From: an uncultured Planctomycetota bacterium
GTDB lineage: Bacteria; Planctomycetota; JAJSAM01; JAKLKS01
Length of the DNA: 64,000 nt
Assembly (NCBI GenBank): GCA_964607145.1
Contig: CAZSIX010000003.1
Span: forward strand, 74,039-138,038
Direction of reading: 5' to 3'
Below are positions 1-10,120 of this stretch, piece after piece. The first letter of the stretch is position 1. Every line of letters begins with the position of its first letter. Position numbers and translations under genes: made by a program. The notes below the pieces were generated by a model. It saw nothing but the letters and a program-made list of their open reading frames with translations. It was not told the DNA's origin and did no database searches.

Positions 1-1176
1 GGCGATCGCGTGTTCGAGGTCGGGTGGTCGGAGACGGAGCGGCGCGCGGCGATCCACCGCCGCGTCCTCCCGTTCGCCCTTCTCGTGCTCGGCATCGGCG
101 TGTTCATCGTGGCCGGACTCCCGCTCCTGTTCCGGGCCAGCGTGCTCGGCCCGCTCGGATCCCTCCTCGCCGGCGTGCGGCGCGTCGAGTCCGGCGACCT
201 CGATGCGCGCGTCGAGGTCCGCACGGGGGACGAGTTCGGCCTGCTCGCGCGGGCGTTCGAGGGGATGGTCGCGTCCATCCGCGCCGGTCGGGAGGAACTC
301 GAGCGCACCAACCGCGCGGCCTTCCGGTTCGTTCCCCTCGCGTTCCTGCGCCAACTGGGCCACGATTCGATCCTCGACGCCGAACTCGGGCAGCAGCGGC
401 GCGCCCGGATGACCGTGCTCTTCGCCGACATCCGGGACTTCACGACGCTGGCCGAGTCCCTGACCCCGGAGGAGACGTTCGCCTTCGTCAACGCGTTCCT
501 GAGCGGCATCGGGCCGGCCATTCGGGCGCACGGCGGCTTCATCGACAAGTACTTCGGGGACGCCGTCATGGCGCTCTTCCCCGAGTCCGCCGACGACGCG
601 GTCGGGGCCGCCGTCGCCATGCAGGCCGATGTGGAGCGGTTCAACGGGGAGCGCGCCGGCCGCGGAGAGGCGCCGATCCGCATCGGGATCGGACTCCACA
701 CGGGAGACCTGATCCTGGGGATCATCGGCGAGGACGAGCGCCTGGACGGCACGGTCATCGCCGACGCCGTGAACACGGCCTCCCGCCTGGAGGGCCTGAC
801 GAAGCGCTACCGGGCGGGGATCCTGATGAGCGGCGAGACGCTCGCGGGGCTGGCGCACGGCGACCGCGTCCCGCACCGGTTCGTGGACCGCGTCCAGGTG
901 AAGGGGAGGGATGGAGCCATCGACGTGCTGGAGGTGCTGGCGGGGGAGGATGCGGGACGCGTGGCGCTGCTCCGCGGAAACGAAGAGTGCATGGCGCGGG
1001 GATGGGCGGCGTGGGTGGCCGGCCGGTTCGACGAGGCCGCCGCCGAGTTCACCGCCGCGGTCGACCGAGCCCCGGCGGATCCGGTCGCGCGGCTCCACCT
1101 CGATCGTGCCCTCGCCCGCGCCGGCACCACGCCGCCCCCGGGATGGGACGGCGTCCACCGCATGGAGGAGAAGTAG
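1..1176 (+). CDS. HAMP-domain class III adenylate/guanylate cyclase, 5' truncated at window edge
   Basis: ORF is in frame with base 1. It has an N-terminal TM segment plus a HAMP-like linker (ELERTNRAAFRF). The cyclase core reads FADIRDFTTL ... FIDKYFGDAVMALF ... TASRLEG, followed by a C-terminal TPR-like tail. Stop at 1176. Confidence 0.85.
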   Translation, partial: GDRVFEVGWSETERRAAIHRRVLPFALLVLGIGVFIVAGLPLLFRASVLGPLGSLLAGVRRVESGDLDARVEVRTGDEFGLLARAFEGMVASIRAGREELERTNRAAFRFVPLAFLRQLGHDSILDAELGQQRRARMTVLFADIRDFTTLAESLTPEETFAFVNAFLSGIGPAIRAHGGFIDKYFGDAVMALFPESADDAVGAAVAMQADVERFNGERAGRGEAPIRIGIGLHTGDLILGIIGEDERLDGTVIADAVNTASRLEGLTKRYRAGILMSGETLAGLAHGDRVPHRFVDRVQVKGRDGAIDVLEVLAGEDAGRVALLRGNEECMARGWAAWVAGRFDEAAAEFTAAVDRAPADPVARLHLDRALARAGTTPPPGWDGVHRMEEK

Positions 1177-1192
1177 TCGGGCGCGTCGTCGA

Positions 1193-2907
1193 TCACCCTC
1201 CCGCCGCGACGAGCACATCCCCGAGGATTCCGATCACGCGGCACTGCGTCTCGCGGTCCTTCACGGCGACGCGCACCCAGCGCGGCCCGAGCGAGCGACC
1301 CATGGGGCCGGCGTCCCGGAGGAACAGGCCGCGTGCCTGGCAGCCCCCGAGGACCGCCGCGGCCGGGGGCCCCGCTTCGGGGAGCGCGCAGAGGAGGAAG
1401 TTCGCGACCCCGGGAACGGGGCTCCAGCCGAGGGCAGCCAGTCCCGCCGCCAGTTCCTCCCGCAGCGTCCGCGTCTCGGCGATGCGCCGGGCGTAGTAGC
1501 CGGGATCCTCCAGGGCCCGCACCGCCGCCACCTGGGACGGGAGGCCGACGACCCACGGAGGCGTCAGGGCGCGCAGCCCCTCCAGCAGGTGGGGTGGGCC
1601 GCAGAGGTATCCGACCCGGGCCCCGCTCAGCGCGTAGACCTTGGACATCGACTTGCACACGATGACGTTCTCCGACCGCGTCGCGAAGCCCTCGAGCGAC
1701 TCCCCCGGCCCGGCGTGCTCGACGTACGTCTCGTCGATCCAGAGGCGCGTGCGCGCCGGCGCGCGCTCCAGGATCGGCTGCAGGACGGCGCGCGGGAGGT
1801 GGCGACCGGTGGGGCTGTTCGGGTTCACCAGGATGGCGAGGTCGGGCGCCGAGGCCAGCGCCGCCTCCAGCCGCGCGGGGTCCGGCAGGAAGCCGTCCTC
1901 GCGCCGCAGCGGGAACCGCTCCACGCGCGCCCCGACGACGCGCTCCACCACGTGGGCGTACTCGCCGTAGGTGGGATCGAGGAGCAGCACGCGCGCGTCG
2001 CGATCCAGCCAACGCGGGAGCGCGCGGAAGATGAGGTCCGAGGAGCCAGCGCCGGGGAGCACGGCGGACGGGGGCACGTCGCGGGCGGCGGCGACCGCCT
2101 CCACGAGACCCGCGCACGACGTGGGCGGCGAGGTGCGGAGCAGCCACGCGGGATCCTCCGCCAGCCCCGCGAGGACCCCCGGGGCCGGCGGGTACCAGGC
2201 GTCGAGCACGTCGGCGTTGATCACCTCCGCGCGCCGATGCAGCGCGTCGAAACGCTCGCCGATCGCGCCGAAGAAGGCCCCCCCGTGGTAGCAGGGCGCC
2301 GGCGGGTCGAAGGGGAACGGAAGTTCCCACCGGACCCGGCGCTCGACGCGGGCCAGCGCCGGACCGACGGCGCCGCGCGCCGCCGCGAGTTCGGCCACCC
2401 GGGCGTGGAGCAGTTCGTAGTCCACCGCGCCGGACCGCGTCGCGAGCCCGCCGGATCGCAGCCCGAGCCGACCGTAGAACCCGAGGATCTCCCTCCGCCC
2501 GATGGCGGCGATGCGCGTCCCCCCGTGGGACTCGACCCAGCGCAGCGCCGCGTGGACGAGGAGGAGAGCCAGGCTGCGTCCCCGTCGCGGCGCGAGCACC
2601 GTGAGCAGCCGCACCTCGAAGAGGCCGTCGTCCACGGGGAACGGGAGGTCGTCCCGCGCGAAGTACTTGTCCAGCGAGTAGGAGCGGCCCCCGGGCGGCG
2701 TGAGGCTGACGAAGCCGAGGAGTCCGTCGGGCCCGGCGGCGACGATGTAGTGGTTCGTCGCGTCGAGTCCGTCCGTCAGCCGGCCGTCCCCGTTCCCGGC
2801 GTGCTGTCCCAGTTCCCGCGCGTACACCTCGTGGCGGGCGGCGTAGATGGCGCCCCGGTCGTGCCCGTCGGCGATGCGCAGCACGACGGGCGGGAGTGGT
2901 GCCACGT
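1193..2907 (-). CDS. Fusion protein: N-terminal GNAT-like acyltransferase (N-acyl amino acid synthase-like) + class I/II (HisC/CobD-type) PLP aminotransferase
   Basis: C-terminal half carries the HisC-family motifs VNPNSPTG and KSMSKVYALSGARVGY (PLP lysine). N-terminal ~170 aa resembles autoinducer-synthase-like GNAT. I favour a GTG start at 2905-2907, preceded by GGAGGA 6 nt upstream; the listed ORF start at 3028 has no RBS. Convergent with the cyclase gene. Confidence 0.8.
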
Positions 2908-3252
2908 GCGATCCTCCAAGACCGGCGTGGACTCTAAGTGGCCGTGTCGGAACTACTGCGGAGAACCGAGAGCGAGCGAGGCGGTCCGGACCAAGGCGCG
3001 AGGAGCGCCGTGGCCCCTCTCGGGCCACAAGCGACGAGCAACGCCGGGCCGGGCCGCCGCAGCCGCTCGAATTCCCGCAGTTGTTTCGACACGGTCACCA
3101 ACCCGGCGGCGCTGCGGACGCCCCGGCGATGCGGAAGGCGCCCCGCGATCCCGTCCCCTCCGAATCCCGCGCCACACGGCGGAGTGCGCGCCGCCGCGAC
3201 GGGGAGTACCATCCGCCGCCGACGACGGGATCGGCGCGAGGAGCGGGACGGC

Positions 3253-4416
3253 ATGGGAACGACGGCGCGGGAACGGGCGACGGAGATCGGCGGGGACCCG
3301 CGGTGGAGCGCGATCCTCGCCCGCGACCCCGCCGCCGACGGTGCGTTCCTCTACTCCGTGCGCACCACCGGCGTCTACTGCCGCCCCTCGTGCGCGTCCC
3401 GCCGTCCGCGGCCGGAGAACGTCGCCTTCCACGCATCCCCCGGCGAGGCGGAGCGGGCCGGGTTCCGGCCGTGTCGCCGGTGCCGGCCCCGCGGCGCGTC
3501 GCCGGCGGCCGCGCGGACCGCGACGGTCGCCGCCCTCTGCCGCCTGCTGGAGGGGAGCGACGGTCCGACTCCCGCGGAGGACCTGGCCGCCCGCGCGGGG
3601 TGGAGCGTGTCCCGCATGCACCGCGTCTTCCGCGAGGTCACCGGCCTGACCCCGCGCGCCTACGCGGCCGCCCGGCGGGCGGAGCGCGTGCGCGCCGCCC
3701 TCGCGGGCGGCGGCACCATCACGGCGGCCTTCCACGGGGCGGGATACGGATCCAGCGGGCGGTTCTACGAGGCCGCGCCGGGCGCGCTGGGGATGACGCC
3801 CACGGAGGTCCGCCGCGGCGGCGCGGGCACGGAGATCCGGTTCGCGTGCGGTCCGTCCTCGCTGGGCACCGTGCTCGTGGCGGCGACGGACCGGGGCGTG
3901 TGCGCCATCCTCCTCGGCGAGGACGAGGCGGTCCTCGCCGCGGACCTGGCCGGCCGATTCCCCCGCGCCCGGCTCGACCGCGCCGGCGGCGCGTTCGAGC
4001 GGGTCGTGGCCTCCGTCACCGCCCTCGTGGAGGAACCCCGGCGCGCCCTCGACCTCCCGCTGGACATCCGCGGCACCGCGTTCCAGCGGCGCGTGTGGGA
4101 GGCGCTGCGCGCCGTGGCGCCGGGCACCACCGCGACCTACGCGTCCATCGCCGCCGCCCTCGGGACCCCGTCCGCGGCCCGCGCCGTGGCCTCCGCCTGC
4201 GCCGCCAATCCCCTCGCCGTCGCCGTCCCCTGCCACCGCGTCCTCCGCGCGGACGGCGGCCTCGCGGGGTACCGGTGGGGGGTGGGGCGCAAGCGGGCGC
4301 TGCTGGAGCGGGAGGGCGCCGCGGACGGAATCGGCGGCGGGTTTCCCGGCCGACTCCCCTCTTATCATGGGAGGCCGGAATGCAGACCGAGCGTGCCGAC
4401 GACACCGCCAGCCTGA
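3253..4416 (+). CDS. ada: Ada: bifunctional transcriptional activator / O6-methylguanine-DNA methyltransferase (Ada metal-binding domain + AraC HTH + MGMT)
   Basis: Ada Zn-binding N-domain (FLYSVRTTGVYCRPSCASRRP ... FRPCRRCRP), an AraC-type HTH and a C-terminal MGMT active site PCHRV. ATG at 3253 is the first plausible start; the part of the ORF upstream of it is low-complexity R/P-rich. Confidence 0.9.
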   Translation: MGTTARERATEIGGDPRWSAILARDPAADGAFLYSVRTTGVYCRPSCASRRPRPENVAFHASPGEAERAGFRPCRRCRPRGASPAAARTATVAALCRLLEGSDGPTPAEDLAARAGWSVSRMHRVFREVTGLTPRAYAAARRAERVRAALAGGGTITAAFHGAGYGSSGRFYEAAPGALGMTPTEVRRGGAGTEIRFACGPSSLGTVLVAATDRGVCAILLGEDEAVLAADLAGRFPRARLDRAGGAFERVVASVTALVEEPRRALDLPLDIRGTAFQRRVWEALRAVAPGTTATYASIAAALGTPSAARAVASACAANPLAVAVPCHRVLRADGGLAGYRWGVGRKRALLEREGAADGIGGGFPGRLPSYHGRPECRPSVPTTPPA

Positions 4417-4507
4417 CGGGACGGAGCGCCCCCCCGGCGCGGAGGCCGGTCGGCGGGCTGACGGCGCGCATCGGCGGCCTGCCTTCGCGGGGCGGAGCGG
4501 AACTCCC

Positions 4508-7500
4508 GTGACCGCGCCGCGGGGCGGTTCCGACGAAACGCGGCGCGGGGACAGCGAACTCCTGTTCGTCGTGCAGGAGGACATCCGCCGGATTCTCGCC
4601 GAGGGCGGGACCGCCGATCCGCAGGCGCTGGCGGCGCGTCATCGGGTCGCCCCGGTGGACGTGGAGCGCTGCCTCGCGGGGGTGGTGGCCATGGGAGCGG
4701 GCGGCGAGGCGTCCGCCGCCACCGTGAACTCCGCGGCGGGGACGTCGTCCCCCGGGGCCGACCTCGCCCCGCCGCCCCTCCCGGAGGACTACGAGATCCT
4801 CGGGGAGCTCGGGCGGGGCGGCATGGCGGTCGTCTACCGGGCGCGGCAGAGGGCGCTGGACCGCGTGGTCGCCGTGAAGGTGCTGCGGCCCGGGGAGATG
4901 TTCTTCGACGGCATGCTCCGCCGCTTCGAGAAGGAGGCGCAGACGCTCGCGAGGCTCCGCCACCCCCACATCGTGGCCATCCACGACGTGGGCCGGGCGG
5001 GGGGCAACGTCTTCTTCTCCATGGACCTGGTGGAGGGGGCGTCCCTCCACGACCTCATCGCTCGCGGCGGGATGACGCCGTCGCGCACGGTGAAACTGAT
5101 GCGCCAGGTCGTGTCGGCGGTGTCGTACGCCCACTCCCGCGGCCTCATCCACCGGGACCTGAAGCCCGCCAACATCCTGGTCGACGGCGAGGACCGGGCC
5201 TTCGTCGCGGACTTCGGCCTCGCCCGGGAGATCTCCGGTGCGGAGGGCATGACCCACACGGGGCAGATCCTCGGAACGCCGGCGTTCATGGCTCCGGAGC
5301 AGGCGAGGGGGGACTCCGCGGCCATCGGCGAGCCCGCGGACACGTACGCGCTGGGGGCCATCCTCTACGAGTGCCTGACGGGTCGACTGCCCTTCGAGGG
5401 CAAGCCGCTCCCGGAGCTCATCCAGGCGGTCCTCCACGAGGACCCGCCGGCGCCGCGGACGATCAACCCCCGCGTCCCGCGGGACCTGCAGGTGATCTGC
5501 CTCAAGGCCATGGAGAAGGACCCGGCGCGCCGATACGCCACGGCGCAGGCGCTTCTCGAGGACCTGGAGCGGTTCGAGGAGGGCCGCGAGATCCGCGCGC
5601 GGCCGCCCAGCGTCGCCTACCGCGTGACGAGGCTCGCGGCCCGCCACCGGGGTCCCCTCGCCACGGCCGTCGTCGCGGCGGCGGCCGCGGGCGCGATCCT
5701 CTGGACCGTGGTCCGCCCCCTCATCGGGGCCACGCCCGCGACGCTCCTCGCCTCCGGGGACGAGGCGTTGGCGGCGGGCAGGACGGACGCGGCGCTCTTC
5801 CTCTACGAGAGGGGGCTGGAGGCCGCGGGCCCGCCGGCGGCCGGGGGCCTCCCCCCGGTCCCGACGCGCCTGCGGATCGGCCTCGCGTCCTGCCTGCTGC
5901 GCCTGTGCGCGCGCGAGGAGTCCGCCGGCGGGACGGACGCGGCCGCCGCCGCCTGCGCCCGGGCGGGGGAGACGCTGGCGCCCCTCCCCACGGGGGTGGC
6001 GGAAGCGGTCCGCGCCGAGTGCGACGAGCGGGGCGTCCTCCTCGCGGCGCGGCGCGGGGACGCCGCCGCCCTGCTCGAGGGCCTGCGCCGGCCCAGGTGG
6101 TCCCCGCGGTCTCCCGAGTCCCACCGCCAGGGCGTCCTCGACCGCGCCGCCCCCGCGCTGGCCGACCCCGGCGATCCGGGCCACCGGTCCGCCGTGGCCG
6201 CCCTCACAGCGGCCCTCGCGCTGGGGGGATCGAGGGACGCGGCGCTCTGGCTCGGGGAGCGCGGCGAGGAGGGCGCACGCCTCCTCCCGGAGATCACCGC
6301 GGCGCTCGGGGATCTCGGCGCCGGGGAGGGCGCGGCGGCCGCCCTGGGCCTCGAGGATGCGGTGGCCGGGCTGGCGCTCTTCCATGCCGCCACCATGGAG
6401 GGCCCCCTCGCCGCGGTGGCCGCGGACGAGGGCGTGCCGGCCCCGCGGCGGATCCTCGCGGCGCGTCTCCTGGCGGCCTGCGCCGACATCCCCTGGTGGC
6501 CGGAGGCGGCGGCCGATGGGCCGGCGCCGTCGCCCGGGGAACTGGCCCGCTTCTGGCTCGCGGGGGAGGGTCTCTCCCGGGAGGAGAACCTCCGCCGACG
6601 GGTGGATCTCGCGCTGCAGGCCGGGGAGGGCGCCGCTCCCCTCCGGGACCGGTGGCTCGCGGCCCGCCTCGGACCGGCGGCGCTGGCGGCGAGGGAGGGG
6701 CCCGACGCGTGGTGGCGCGCCCACCGGGAGGACGATCCCGCGGAGCGCCTGTTCGCCGCCTGCGGGCTGCGGCGGGAGGCGACGCCGGCGGAACTCCTCG
6801 CGCTCCTCTCCCGCGCCCCCGCGGAGAACCGCCCGCTGCTCCACTCGCTGCTCCTGCTCGTCCGCCCCGCGGGGACCCCGGCGCCGGCGTGGACGCTCTC
6901 GCCGCGCCGGCCGGCGTGGACACCGGAGCCCGCGGACCTCGAGTCCGCGTGGCAGGTCGCCCTCCGCGGACACGTGCCGGAGCCCGCGCTGCAGGTCCGG
7001 ATCGCGCACTTCATCTCCCTCGACGGCGATCCCGAACTCCGGCCCCTCCGGTCGGAGGTGGTGCCGCTGCGCGTGGGCGATCGCCTCGGGTTCGAGCGCG
7101 CCGCGGACGTCCCGCCGCCGCCCGCTCCTCCGCGGCTCCGCGTGGAGTTCCAGGTCCCCGACGTCGGCGCCGGCGCCTGGATGTGGGCCTCTCCCTCGTT
7201 GGCCGGGGCGTTCTCGGCCCGCCTGCAGGTCGATCGCCGCGGCGGGGAGGCGGTCCTCCGCTGGTCCCGGTGCCGGTTGGGAGGGATGGGCAGCGCGTTC
7301 GGCACCGACGAGGCGGCCGAAGGGAGACTCCTGCTCCGGCACTCCCGGGGGACGCTGGCGGAGGGGCGGAACTGGATGGCGGCGGAGTGGACCTTCCCCC
7401 GGGCGCGGTTCTACGAGGAGTGGGTCCTCGCGCGCATCGAGCGGGTGGATGGCCCCGGGGGCGGGCCGGGCCCCGAGGTGTGGCGGGAGGCGCTGGCGGT

Positions 7501-8902
7501 CGAACTCGGGCTGCTGGCGGACGGTGCCGCGGCGGCGGCCGCCGGCGGCCACTCCTTCCGCGACGGGGACGCGCTCGCGGCGCTGTACGCCGCGCAGTGC
7601 GCGGTCTGGATCCCCGCGCCGGGTGCCGTGAAGGCCCTGGCCACGCTCGACCGCGCCCTGGCAGGCGGGGAGCGCGCCGGAGGCGCGGGTCCACCGGCCC
7701 CGGGCAGCGACGCCCTGGTCCCGTCCAACTTCCACGCGGCGCGCCCGTGGCGCCTCCGGCCCGAGGCCCGGTCGGCGGTGTTCTGGGCCCGCCTCCGGGC
7801 CGGGGACGCGACGGCCCTGACCGGGGCGGAGGCGTCGACCTCCCCCGACCACGACTGGACCCACCGCTCGACGGCGCTCGTCGCGGCGGGCGGGGATCCG
7901 GCCTGCCGTGCCCATGTCGCGGACCGGCTCTCCCGGCAGTTGCGGCTCTTCCTCACGGCGGGGATGAGGGACCGGTTGCGCGCCGTGGCGGGCACGGACC
8001 CGGTGCCCGGCGCCCGGTGGATGGCGCGTCTGCCCGGAGCCGGGCCCACCGGTCCCTTCGCGGCGCTCCTCCTCGCGGTCCTCGGCGTCGTGCTCGCCTC
8101 CGCGGTCGTGCTGGCGGCCCGTCCCCGCCTGCCCCTGGAGGCGCGGCTGCGGCCCACGGTGCTCGCGCTGGCGATCTCCATGGCGGTCCCGTTCCTCCGC
8201 GTGGAGATCGATGGCCACCCGTTCCCCCTCGTCGGACCGGGGATCGTGGCCGCGATGGCGCTCTCCTGGGTGCTGGGGGCGGGTCTCCGGGGTCCCGCCC
8301 GGCGGCTGCGGTTCCTCGTCCCGCTGGGGTTCGCTCTCGCGCTGGCGACCTTCATCGCCGGCGACGGCGGATTCCCCGTGGAGGAGGACTGCATGGGCAT
8401 CGCCGGCGCGAGGACCACCCTGCTGATCGTGGCCATCCCCGGGACGCTGCTCTTCGTCCGGCGGATCTGCCGGCGCGCCGACGCGGACGGGGTCCTGGAG
8501 CCCATCCTCGATCCCGCGTGGGGGCGCTGGGCCGCGTTCCTCGCGCGCCCGGCGCGGTCCCGGGAGTCGTGGATCGCCAGGGAGGAGAGGCGCCGCGCTC
8601 GCCGCGCGAAGAGCCTCCTCCCGTGGGTCCGCCGGGAGGCCGCCCTCCCCCTGGAGGTGCGGCGGGAGACCCTCGGGGACTTCCTCGTGCTTCCCCTGTC
8701 CGTCCTGCTCTCCATGGCGTCCTGGATCGTGGCCGCCCGGTCGATGGGGGGAGTCCTCGGCAGCGCGTGGTTCGCGGCGGCGCCGGCCCAGTGCGCGGTG
8801 GCCGTCTCCGTCCCCGCGCTGCTCCTCCTCCTCGTCGCCGACCGCCGCGGGAGCCCGCCCTCGCTCCCGGCCCGGCTCGGCGCCGCGTTCCGGCGGGGGT
8901 AG
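4508..8902 (+). CDS. Very large membrane-anchored Ser/Thr protein kinase (Hanks-type) with a ~1100-aa extension and C-terminal multi-TM region
   Basis: Kinase subdomains are present: GRGGMAVVY, AVK, HRDLKPANIL, DFGLA, GTPAFMAPE. There is a long Ala/Leu/Arg-rich helical region and about 6 hydrophobic helices at the C-terminus. GTG at 4508 is the first start after the ada stop and is in frame; the listed ORF start at 4367 overlaps ada. Confidence 0.85.
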   Translation: MTAPRGGSDETRRGDSELLFVVQEDIRRILAEGGTADPQALAARHRVAPVDVERCLAGVVAMGAGGEASAATVNSAAGTSSPGADLAPPPLPEDYEILGELGRGGMAVVYRARQRALDRVVAVKVLRPGEMFFDGMLRRFEKEAQTLARLRHPHIVAIHDVGRAGGNVFFSMDLVEGASLHDLIARGGMTPSRTVKLMRQVVSAVSYAHSRGLIHRDLKPANILVDGEDRAFVADFGLAREISGAEGMTHTGQILGTPAFMAPEQARGDSAAIGEPADTYALGAILYECLTGRLPFEGKPLPELIQAVLHEDPPAPRTINPRVPRDLQVICLKAMEKDPARRYATAQALLEDLERFEEGREIRARPPSVAYRVTRLAARHRGPLATAVVAAAAAGAILWTVVRPLIGATPATLLASGDEALAAGRTDAALFLYERGLEAAGPPAAGGLPPVPTRLRIGLASCLLRLCAREESAGGTDAAAAACARAGETLAPLPTGVAEAVRAECDERGVLLAARRGDAAALLEGLRRPRWSPRSPESHRQGVLDRAAPALADPGDPGHRSAVAALTAALALGGSRDAALWLGERGEEGARLLPEITAALGDLGAGEGAAAALGLEDAVAGLALFHAATMEGPLAAVAADEGVPAPRRILAARLLAACADIPWWPEAAADGPAPSPGELARFWLAGEGLSREENLRRRVDLALQAGEGAAPLRDRWLAARLGPAALAAREGPDAWWRAHREDDPAERLFAACGLRREATPAELLALLSRAPAENRPLLHSLLLLVRPAGTPAPAWTLSPRRPAWTPEPADLESAWQVALRGHVPEPALQVRIAHFISLDGDPELRPLRSEVVPLRVGDRLGFERAADVPPPPAPPRLRVEFQVPDVGAGAWMWASPSLAGAFSARLQVDRRGGEAVLRWSRCRLGGMGSAFGTDEAAEGRLLLRHSRGTLAEGRNWMAAEWTFPRARFYEEWVLARIERVDGPGGGPGPEVWREALAVELGLLADGAAAAAAGGHSFRDGDALAALYAAQCAVWIPAPGAVKALATLDRALAGGERAGGAGPPAPGSDALVPSNFHAARPWRLRPEARSAVFWARLRAGDATALTGAEASTSPDHDWTHRSTALVAAGGDPACRAHVADRLSRQLRLFLTAGMRDRLRAVAGTDPVPGARWMARLPGAGPTGPFAALLLAVLGVVLASAVVLAARPRLPLEARLRPTVLALAISMAVPFLRVEIDGHPFPLVGPGIVAAMALSWVLGAGLRGPARRLRFLVPLGFALALATFIAGDGGFPVEEDCMGIAGARTTLLIVAIPGTLLFVRRICRRADADGVLEPILDPAWGRWAAFLARPARSRESWIAREERRRARRAKSLLPWVRREAALPLEVRRETLGDFLVLPLSVLLSMASWIVAARSMGGVLGSAWFAAAPAQCAVAVSVPALLLLLVADRRGSPPSLPARLGAAFRRG

Positions 8903-8940
8903 AGTCCCGCGTCCCGCGGGCGACTCGGACTCGTCCGCCG

Positions 8941-9849
8941 CTACGGAGGGGCGGCCCGGGCGGCGCCCGGGGGCGTCGTCCCCGCGGGGGGGGAGCACGA
9001 AGCCCGCGTCACGCGCGCCGCGGCGGAACGCCGCCTCCGAGCGCGCGGGCACGACGACGTGGCGGTCCCCAGCGCGCAGGCAGTGGCGCCGCGTCGCGGC
9101 GTGGGAGGCGAGGAGCAGCGCCAGCGCCGCGTCCGCGCACTCCACCAGTCGCGGCGGACCCGCGTCCCGGAGGCGGGTGGCGCGCTCCCCCACATCCCGG
9201 AGGAGAGGGTCCACCGTCTCCGGCAGGGGATCGGCGCTCCGGGACTCGAGGAACGCGCGCAGTTCGGCCAGGCCGCGGCCCTCCGCCGGCGCCGCGAGGA
9301 GGCCCGCCGGCGCGAGTCTCCAGACGCGATCGGAGACGCGCTCCGCGAAGGCGTCCAGGGCGAGGCGATCTCCCGGGGCCACCCTCGGCGCCAGCGCGAC
9401 GACCTCGCGCGTGGGGAGGATGCGCAGGGCCGCGACGGGGGTGACTCCGGAGGGCCGGTAGTCCGCAGTCCGCCCCCCCGCGCGCGCGCCGCCGTCGGGT
9501 GCGGGCTCCGGCGTCGCGTAGGAGTCCCCGCCGTCGAGGACGCGGTCGATGGCGGCGATGGAGGCGCCCGCCCGTACCGGGCGACGAACCGGTCCAGATC
9601 GAGCGCCCCCGGGTCGGAGTGGGCGGCCTCGGCGACGGCGGCGCGCTGGGGTTCGTCCAACCCGTCGAACAGCCGGCGCAGCCCTCCCCCCTCCAGTCTC
9701 TGCACGACGACCGAGACCAGGTCCGCCTTGCGCGACGGGAGCCGCGCGGGGCTCGCGAACTTCCCCGGACCCCTCAACTCCGCGGACGAGCGCTGCGCCA
9801 TCAGGGTCTCGGCCAGCGTGGGAGGCCTGCGAGGCCCGGCGAGGCGCAT
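8941..9849 (-). CDS. Hypothetical protein; coding signal continues in a second frame, suggesting a frameshift or assembly indel
   Basis: ATG at 9849 with AGGAGG 4 nt upstream. Protein-like sequence runs to about 9570 (..KADLVSVVVQRLEGG..DLDRFVARYGRA). Good coding signal then continues in another frame (..ASIAAIDRVLDGGDSYATPEP..RLALDAFAERVSDRVWRL..), which is the N-terminal part of the artefactual 4016..9382 ORF. The true 3' end is unresolved. Confidence 0.3.
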   Translation of the reverse strand: MRLAGPRRPPTLAETLMAQRSSAELRGPGKFASPARLPSRKADLVSVVVQRLEGGGLRRLFDGLDEPQRAAVAEAAHSDPGALDLDRFVARYGRAPPSPPSTASSTAGTPTRRRSPHPTAARARGGGLRTTGPPESPPSRPCASSPRARSSRWRRGWPREIASPWTPSRSASPIASGDSRRRASSRRRRRAAAWPNCARSSSPGAPIPCRRRWTLSSGMWGSAPPASGTRVRRDWWSARTRRWRCSSPPTPRRGATACALGTATSSCPRARRRRSAAARVTRASCSPPAGTTPPGAARAAPP

Positions 9850-10120
9850 CGTCCCTCCTGCCCCGACCCGTGGCGCGGGCCCGGAACGGGCGCGGAAGCC
9901 GACTCCGCGACCCCGACGGCGTGGCCCGCAGCGGCCCCGCCGCGCGGGCTCGAGTCGATGACGAGCCGACGGGGCAGGGGCTGCGGACGGGAGCGACGGC
10001 GCCGACGGGCCCGCCGACCGGTTTCGTCTGCGGGCGCGCAGCCCGGTCCCGGGCCGGTGTACGATCCTCCGCGGCGGCGATGGCTCGCGCAGGCCGGCGC
10101 CGGAGGCGTCTGGAGGGCCG

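Noticed and set aside
4016-9444. Very long ORFs antisense or in alternate frames to the kinase gene (4016..9382 -, 5371..9444 +, 5803..7305 -, 6357..7631 +)
   Set aside because: Their translations are dominated by R/G/P/A runs with no domain signatures. They arise from the absence of stop codons at 75% GC. Only the first ~150 codons of 4016..9382 look protein-like, and those are treated as part of the frameshifted gene at 8941-9849.
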